Part shown: positions 58,049 to 64,000 of the stretch, one piece after another
Layout: each line of letters starts with the position of its first letter
Position numbering within the stretch: the stretch's first letter is position 1
Origin: Planctomycetota bacterium
Lineage (GTDB): Bacteria > Planctomycetota > UBA1135 > UBA2386
Direction of reading: 5' to 3'
Assembly (NCBI GenBank): GCA_965223545.1
Contig: OZ245006.1
Coordinates: 2,464,001 to 2,528,000, forward strand
Length of the DNA stretch: 64,000 nucleotides
Notes under the pieces: model-generated
Databases searched by the model: none
Seen by the model: only the letters and a program-made list of their open reading frames with translations
What the model was told of the DNA's origin: nothing
Program-made: the position numbers and the translations under genes

Positions 58049-59154
58049 TGCCGGCGCCGATGCTCCCCGGGTGACGCCTTCTCCCGTGACGGCAGACACT
58101 TCTGCAACACCGGTACGAACGCCGCCGCGTGCCGCGCGAAGCCGATGTCATTGGGGTGCGATCCATCGACCGTGGCCTCACCATCGTCGCCGAGCAACGC
58201 TGCAGCCGCCACCACGTGGACGCCGGTGACCCCCTCGGCGCGCAACCGCTCGACCACTTCGTCGAAAGCCGCGTGGTTGGCATCATTGCGCCGGCGCCGA
58301 CCTTCCCGCAACCAGGCGTCGTCGAACACGCGATCCTGCACGAGCACGATCGGCGTTCTCGGCCGTGCAGTCCGCAACGCGCGCACCAGGGGACCGAGCC
58401 GCGCGCGCACCTGAGCGTCATCGACATTGGGCAGGCAGTCGATGACGTAGGCCGCGGCCTCGATCTCGGCCAACAAGACGCCGATCTCCGGCTCCAAGCG
58501 ACCGTTGCCCGAGAATCCGAGGTTGACCGTGGGCCAGTCGAAGTGGCGCCCCACTCGGGCGACATGGGCCAAGCCCGGACGCGATGCGCAGGCACCCTGG
58601 GTGATCGACGTGCCGTAGAACACGATCGGCGCCCGCTCGCGACGTGGCGCCGCAACCAGCTCGTAGGCGGCCGGCACCGCCAGCTCCAGCTGTTCGACGC
58701 CGTTGTAGAGCGGTAAGTAGAGCGCGAACTCACGGAGAGCATCGGCCTCACCGAGGCCGTCGACCAAGACCACATCCACTGCGCGCGTCTCCGGGCGCAC
58801 CACCGCGAGCCACCGCCATCCGCGATCACCGGCCCGCGCGTAGAGGTCCAGCCCACTGACGCCAGTCGCCGGCATGTGGGACATCGCCAACGCCGACCGG
58901 CGCAGACGGTAGCGGACCCGAACCTGCGGCGACCGGGTGCGGAAGCGCACCACCAGTCCGGAGCTGTCGCGGGACAGCTGCCACACCGGCGGCCGCACAC
59001 TCTCTTCCGCTCGGGCCGGCAACCGATCGTACGGCGCAGCGAGTTCATCCCTCCGCCACCCCTGTCCTTCGACGGTCAGTTCGGTCGCCGCCACCCAGCG
59101 GAGGTCGGAGACGTCCTGCGGAACGGCCATCAGCAGAGCGAGCGCACACCACAT
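58045..59154 (-). CDS. SGNH/GDSL hydrolase with N-terminal SGNH-associated domain
   Basis: YGTSITQG (block I), NLGFSGNG, DCLPN, DGSHPNDIG; N-terminal HMPATGVSGLDLY. Start uncertain. Confidence 0.9.
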   Translation of the reverse strand: MWCALALLMAVPQDVSDLRWVAATELTVEGQGWRRDELAAPYDRLPARAEESVRPPVWQLSRDSSGLVVRFRTRSPQVRVRYRLRRSALAMSHMPATGVSGLDLYARAGDRGWRWLAVVRPETRAVDVVLVDGLGEADALREFALYLPLYNGVEQLELAVPAAYELVAAPRRERAPIVFYGTSITQGACASRPGLAHVARVGRHFDWPTVNLGFSGNGRLEPEIGVLLAEIEAAAYVIDCLPNVDDAQVRARLGPLVRALRTARPRTPIVLVQDRVFDDAWLREGRRRRNDANHAAFDEVVERLRAEGVTGVHVVAAAALLGDDGEATVDGSHPNDIGFARHAAAFVPVLQKCLPSREKASPGEHRRRQ

Positions 59155-59299
59155 GCCGACAGCATGGCGGATCGCGACAACCGAGACGAGCCGGCCGGAC
59201 CCGCGAAAAAGTGTCGCGGCACAAATCTCTTGACCGCAACCAATCCCAATCGACGTTCGTGTTCGAGAGTTCAACCCAAGACATCCCTTCCCGGCTCCC

Positions 59300-61294
59300 G
59301 TGCTCCGAATCGCTCCCGGCCTCTTCGTCTCCGTTTCCCTCCTCGCCAGCTGCACGACTCTGTCGAGCGGTATGGCGTACACGATGGTGCGCGCCGATCG
59401 CAGCGCGACGCTCGCACCGCTCCACGAGCAACTGCCTGCACGGCAGAACGACTCGCTCGGTGACATGCCGACGAGCCACCTGGAGATCGTGCTCAAGGGC
59501 GGCTTCTTGAAGTACCTGGAAGCGGTCGAGCGCCCCGAGGTGGCGATCTTCGCGCGCGCCAGCGTGCGCGATCCCCAGATGCCGGAGGAGCGCCTGGTCT
59601 GGGAGAAGATCTACCTCGCCAGCGAGAACCCCGACGAGCAGATCGTCATCAACAAGGCGACGTTCTTGCCACGGATCAACATCCCGTTGCTCCCGGGGAT
59701 CGTCTTCGACGACCAGGAGATCTACGTTTCGCTGCGCATCATCGAGCTCGACCAGGACGACAACGAGCGGGTCAAACGGCTCGTCAACACCGCCGCCGGG
59801 GCCGTGGCGGCGTTCAAGCCAGAGGCCGCTGTGGCGGCCTCGGCGTTCCAAACCGCTTTGGCGTTCGTCACCGCGGCCAACTCCGACGACATCGAGTTCC
59901 AGTTCGACTTCGGCTTGATCCCCAACGAGGGCAGCATCCAGCTGGTCGACTGCGACGCCGACGGGGCGCGGCTCGACCTCGTCCTGCAGCCCCGCCTCGG
60001 TGACTACGTGGTGCTGAAGACCGAGCACCGGCAACGTATGCATCTACCGAACAGTCACCTCGGCGTGGCGTTGGAGAGCGTGCAATGGCTGCTCGGCACG
60101 GTGATCAAGCTGGCCACGTTCAACATCGCGAACTGGCGTTGGTGGGAAGACTTCGGCGCCGACCGCGACGACGACTTCTACATGCAGATCGTCGGTCGCC
60201 CCTTCGAAATCCCGTTCGAGGGCTGGCAGCTGCCGGAGATCTCCGCTGGCCGACTGTCGATCCCTGAGAACGGCGGCCGGCTCTATCTGCGCGGCGATCG
60301 GCTCGAGTACCGCGACGGCGGCGTCTCGCGCACGTTCGTCGACCAGTCGTACCTCGTGCTGTCACTGATCGAACCGCGCGAAGGTGTCGACCTCGACGTC
60401 CTGCGCGCCGCCAACGAGGCCAAGGAATCCATCAACACGGTCCTGCGCACCGGTCAGATCCAGGCCGACGAGATCGAGGCGCTGGCCGAGCAGGCGATCG
60501 ACCGCATCGTGGCCGCGCACGACGGCGGCGCCGTGCGCGATCAGCTCGACGCGGCCCTGGACGCAGCCACGACTCCGGCACAGATCCAGGCCGCCTACGA
60601 CGCCAGTGTGCAGCGGGTCGACCAGCTGGAGGTGACCGACCGTGCCAAGCACGAGCTGCGCCAGATGCTGCGGCGCCGCGCCGCGCGCCGGCACCGCGAC
60701 CTCGGCGGTGACGGAGACGTACTGGGACCTCGACTGGCGACGACGGTCGTGTTCGGCACTGCCACCGGCGCGACTCTGACTGCCGAGCTGCAAGTCCTGC
60801 ATCCCGTCGGCGCTTCGGTGACGGTGCGGGATGCCGCCGAGGGCACGGTTTCAACCACCTCGGTGGGGCCGCTGGCGTTCACCACGGTCCGCCAGCAGCT
60901 GCCGACGAACACCGACACCGCACACCGGCCGCTGCAGGGCGAGTTGGTCGTCGAGCTCGATGATGTCCTCCATCGACTCGGCTACTGGGTGCTGCCCCCT
61001 GCGCTGGATGCAACGCTGGAGGCGGGGACGCCGGGCCAGCTGAACCCGACCACCTCACTGGCGTCGATCCCGGCGGGCGCGACCTTGCGTTTCAGCATCG
61101 CGGATGCCGTCGACGGGCAATCGCCCTTCGCCTCCGCTGGCGGGTTGACGATCGATGGCAACGAGCTCGCATCGACAATCGACGATCAAGGCAGACTGCT
61201 GGCGGAGATGCCGAATCCCGCCATCGACGGCGAGATCCGCATGAGCGGCCCACGGGGCGGGTTCACGCTGCGCATCGGAGGACAAGCGCCATGA
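59300..61294 (+). CDS. Hypothetical lipoprotein (664 aa)
   Basis: Lipobox SLLASC; long ORF with strong third-position GC bias; no family recognised. Confidence 0.8.
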   Translation: MLRIAPGLFVSVSLLASCTTLSSGMAYTMVRADRSATLAPLHEQLPARQNDSLGDMPTSHLEIVLKGGFLKYLEAVERPEVAIFARASVRDPQMPEERLVWEKIYLASENPDEQIVINKATFLPRINIPLLPGIVFDDQEIYVSLRIIELDQDDNERVKRLVNTAAGAVAAFKPEAAVAASAFQTALAFVTAANSDDIEFQFDFGLIPNEGSIQLVDCDADGARLDLVLQPRLGDYVVLKTEHRQRMHLPNSHLGVALESVQWLLGTVIKLATFNIANWRWWEDFGADRDDDFYMQIVGRPFEIPFEGWQLPEISAGRLSIPENGGRLYLRGDRLEYRDGGVSRTFVDQSYLVLSLIEPREGVDLDVLRAANEAKESINTVLRTGQIQADEIEALAEQAIDRIVAAHDGGAVRDQLDAALDAATTPAQIQAAYDASVQRVDQLEVTDRAKHELRQMLRRRAARRHRDLGGDGDVLGPRLATTVVFGTATGATLTAELQVLHPVGASVTVRDAAEGTVSTTSVGPLAFTTVRQQLPTNTDTAHRPLQGELVVELDDVLHRLGYWVLPPALDATLEAGTPGQLNPTTSLASIPAGATLRFSIADAVDGQSPFASAGGLTIDGNELASTIDDQGRLLAEMPNPAIDGEIRMSGPRGGFTLRIGGQAP

Positions 61295-62799
61295 CCGGTC
61301 GCCCGTGGATCGGCCTGCTGCTCGCCGCAACCCTGCCCGGCTGCGCGCTCAACGTCGACTACCAGCGCCTCAACCGGCACGTGATCGCGTGCGACCGCGA
61401 AGGCATCGCCTACGACCCGAAGACCGGCACGAAACTCAACCAGCACGAGCTGCAAGCTCACATCGACGGCTTGCTCGGCCGTGCGTTCGCGTCGCTCGCC
61501 GCCGACGCCCGCGCACACCCCGATCAACCTCGCCGCCTGCTCATCCACGTCCACGGCGGACTCAACACCGAGGCGGAGTCACTGGGCGCGGCCGACCGCG
61601 CCATCCCGCGCATCCTCGAAGAGCCGAATTCCGACGACCGCTGTTACCCGATCTTCATTACCTGGGACTCCGGCCTGGTCTCGAGCTACTGGGAGTACGT
61701 CTCTACCCTGCGGCGTGGTCGTCACGCCCCGCTCTGGGGCCCCATCACCGCGCCGGTGTACTTCCTGACCGACCTGCTGCACGGCATCATCAGCTTGCCG
61801 CGCAACTGGATCTTCCAGACCGGCATGGATGTCGCCCTCGGCGCCAAGGTCGCGTTCGACACCAACCTCCTGCCGTCGTGGCGCAACGCAGCGCGGGCCG
61901 CATCCGCATTGGCCGATGTCGACGCCGAGAGTGCGCGGTCGCGCGGCGAAGTCCTGGCGCGCGTCGGCCCGTACTCGCGCGGCTTCTTCGCACAGGGACT
62001 GCGCCTTTGCAGCTATCTGGTCACCCTGCCGACCAAGATCATCAGCAGCATCTTCGTCGGCCAGGGATTCGGCCAGGGGTCCTGGGACGGCATGCAGCAC
62101 TCTGCATCGAACTTGTTCCACCGCTGGGAGGAGTTCGACCTGCTCTCGGTGCAGGAAGGGGATCCCGAGCTCGTGCGCAGGCAGCTTCGACAGATGCCGA
62201 CCGGCGCGTTCGCGGTGTTCCTGCGCAGGTTGAGCCGCTTCTACGAGGAAGAGAAGGCGAAGCCGGCCAACCGCGGCGCTCGGTTTCAGATCATCCTCGT
62301 CGGCCACAGCATGGGCGCGATCATCATCAACAGCGCCCTCGAGCTACTCACTTCACCACCGACCGACGACTGCGGCATCAGCGCCAACCTGCCGATCGAT
62401 CACATCGTCTACATGGGAGCGGCGGCATCGGTCGGCGAAACGGCCTCGGCGGTCGTCCCCTACCTGTTGGCGCATCCGACCGCCCGCTTCCATCTGTTGA
62501 CGCTGCATCCCAACGCCGAGGCCGAGGAGACCAACTTCCTCGATCTGCCGCCGCGCGGCAGCCTGCTCGAGTGGATCGACAATTTCTACGGCAGAGCGGT
62601 CAACCCGCAGGATCGTCGGGTCGGCAAGTGGATCAACGCGATCCAATCGCTCCATCTGTTCCGTGAGATCGCCGACCGCATGACGGTCAAGGCGTTCGGT
62701 GTCGATGGCGACAGCAAGCCGACGAAGCACGGCGACTTCAACCTCTGCCCGTACTGGCAGCACAGTTTCTGGGACCCACTCGGGCCGATGGTCTACTGA
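61291..62799 (+). CDS. Alpha/beta-hydrolase fold lipoprotein
   Basis: ATGA overlap; lipobox-like TLPGC; LLIHVHGGLN, nucleophile elbow GHSMG, C-terminal HGDF. Confidence 0.8.
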   Translation: MTGRPWIGLLLAATLPGCALNVDYQRLNRHVIACDREGIAYDPKTGTKLNQHELQAHIDGLLGRAFASLAADARAHPDQPRRLLIHVHGGLNTEAESLGAADRAIPRILEEPNSDDRCYPIFITWDSGLVSSYWEYVSTLRRGRHAPLWGPITAPVYFLTDLLHGIISLPRNWIFQTGMDVALGAKVAFDTNLLPSWRNAARAASALADVDAESARSRGEVLARVGPYSRGFFAQGLRLCSYLVTLPTKIISSIFVGQGFGQGSWDGMQHSASNLFHRWEEFDLLSVQEGDPELVRRQLRQMPTGAFAVFLRRLSRFYEEEKAKPANRGARFQIILVGHSMGAIIINSALELLTSPPTDDCGISANLPIDHIVYMGAAASVGETASAVVPYLLAHPTARFHLLTLHPNAEAEETNFLDLPPRGSLLEWIDNFYGRAVNPQDRRVGKWINAIQSLHLFREIADRMTVKAFGVDGDSKPTKHGDFNLCPYWQHSFWDPLGPMVY

Positions 62800-62820
62800 C
62801 GCTCGAGGTTGGCTCGGCGG

Positions 62821-64000
62821 TCAAGACCGACGGCGGAACACGCGCTTCAGCAGGGAATCACCACTCTTGCGGCCGGCATCGATGGACCGCGTTTCGCCAA
62901 CGCCACCCGAGCTCTGCGGCTCGACCGCACCGCCACTCGACAGCGACCGCGCCACCTCTTCCAGAGTCTGCACGAACAGATCCGTCGGCGAGAGGCGCTT
63001 GCCGAGCTCTTGGTCGAGCCGATGCACGACCCGCATCGCCAACAGCGAGTGGCCGCCCAAGTCGAAGAAGTTGTCGTGCACGCTGACTCCTTCGCAGCCG
63101 AGCACGTCACACCAAACGCTCGCAACGGTGCGTTCGACATCGTTGCGGGGCGCGACCGGCGGACCCGACGAAGCTGCCACGCGCTCGCCGCGCATCGCGA
63201 GCAAGCGCTTGCGATCGAGCTTGCCATTGGCGGTGAGCGGCAGTGCACCCAGGGTGATGAACGTCGCCGGAACCATGTAGCGCGGCAGCCGCTCGCGCAG
63301 CGCGGTGCGCAGCTCGCTCGCCGTCATCGAGGCGCCCGCCTCGAACACCACGTAGGCAATCAGCTCCGCGCGCTCGCCGGACGCATCCAGCAGCACCGCG
63401 CAGGCGCGGACCGGCTGTAGTGCGACGGTCGCGGCCTCGACCTCACCGAGCTCGATCCGATAGCCCCGCAGCTTGATCTGGTTGTCCTTGCGGCGGATGA
63501 ACTCGAGCGCGCCATCGGGGTGATAACGCGCCAGGTCGCCCGAGGCGTAGACCCGCGCGCCGGCATCGGAGGAGAACGGATGAGAGATGAACTTCTCGGC
63601 GGTCAGCTCCGGACGGTTGCGGTAGCCGCGGGCCAGTCCGTCGCCGCCGATGTAGATCTCGCCGGGGACACCGAACGGCACCGGCTGCAGATTGCGGTCG
63701 AGCAGGTAGAGGTCGGTATTGGCGAGCGGCGGGCCGACCGGAACACCGGCCATCGGGGAGTCGGGATCGGACTGCACCGCGGCGCCGGTCGAGTAGATCG
63801 TGGTCTCGGTGGGTCCGTACAGGCACCACACGCCGGCGCAGCGCTCGAGCATGCGTTCCGCCAGCTCGCGTGGCAGCAGCTCGCCTCCGGACAGGGCGAC
63901 GACTCGATCGTTGCCGCGCCAGCCGGACTCCAACAGCAACCGCCAAGTGGCGGGCGTGGCCTGCATGCGCGTCACGCCGTGCCGGTCGACGATGTCCGCC
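62821..64000 (-). CDS. Non-ribosomal peptide synthetase, terminal adenylation + carrier (A-T) domains, 5'-truncated by the window edge
   Basis: YGPTE, GEIYIGGDGLARGY, SGDLA, QIKLRGYRIELGEVE, NGKLDR; PCP motif DNFFDLGGHSLLA; no TE domain before the stop. Confidence 0.93.
   Translation of the reverse strand, partial: ADIVDRHGVTRMQATPATWRLLLESGWRGNDRVVALSGGELLPRELAERMLERCAGVWCLYGPTETTIYSTGAAVQSDPDSPMAGVPVGPPLANTDLYLLDRNLQPVPFGVPGEIYIGGDGLARGYRNRPELTAEKFISHPFSSDAGARVYASGDLARYHPDGALEFIRRKDNQIKLRGYRIELGEVEAATVALQPVRACAVLLDASGERAELIAYVVFEAGASMTASELRTALRERLPRYMVPATFITLGALPLTANGKLDRKRLLAMRGERVAASSGPPVAPRNDVERTVASVWCDVLGCEGVSVHDNFFDLGGHSLLAMRVVHRLDQELGKRLSPTDLFVQTLEEVARSLSSGGAVEPQSSGGVGETRSIDAGRKSGDSLLKRVFRRRS

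Noticed and set aside
61291..62799. Alpha/beta hydrolase as the NRPS thioesterase
   Set aside because: It is on the opposite strand, has a lipoprotein-type signal (exported), and is coupled to a different gene.

Overview
High-GC bacterial DNA, almost certainly from a Planctomycetota genome (PSCyt/DUF1549-DUF1553 cytochrome, two DUF1501 genes, DUF1800, BlaI/M56 pair, Ser/Thr kinase-FGE fusion, FG-GAP and HEAT proteins). The window holds about 45 densely packed CDSs; I found no rRNA, tRNA, CRISPR array, integrase or transposase. Main points of interest: (1) a translationally coupled gatE-gatD pair (4410-7858) encoding the normally archaeal Glu-tRNA(Gln) amidotransferase, with catalytic motifs intact, among bacterial genes; (2) an 86-aa SelW/Rdx-type selenoprotein missing from the ORF track (15606-15346, minus strand), with CxxU read through an in-frame UGA and a SECIS-like hairpin, between modABC and an M20 amidohydrolase; (3) two tandem secreted paralogs (18313-22149) with a lamin-tail-like N-terminus and a cationic, two-Cys, bacteriocin-like C-terminal tail after an Asp-Pro linker; (4) a perfect 95-bp palindrome between convergent genes (52959-53053); (5) twin palindromic operators upstream of a blaI-blaR-DUF1800-DUF1501 operon. 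The window ends inside the last A-T module of an NRPS. All functional calls come from motifs read by eye; no database searches were run.
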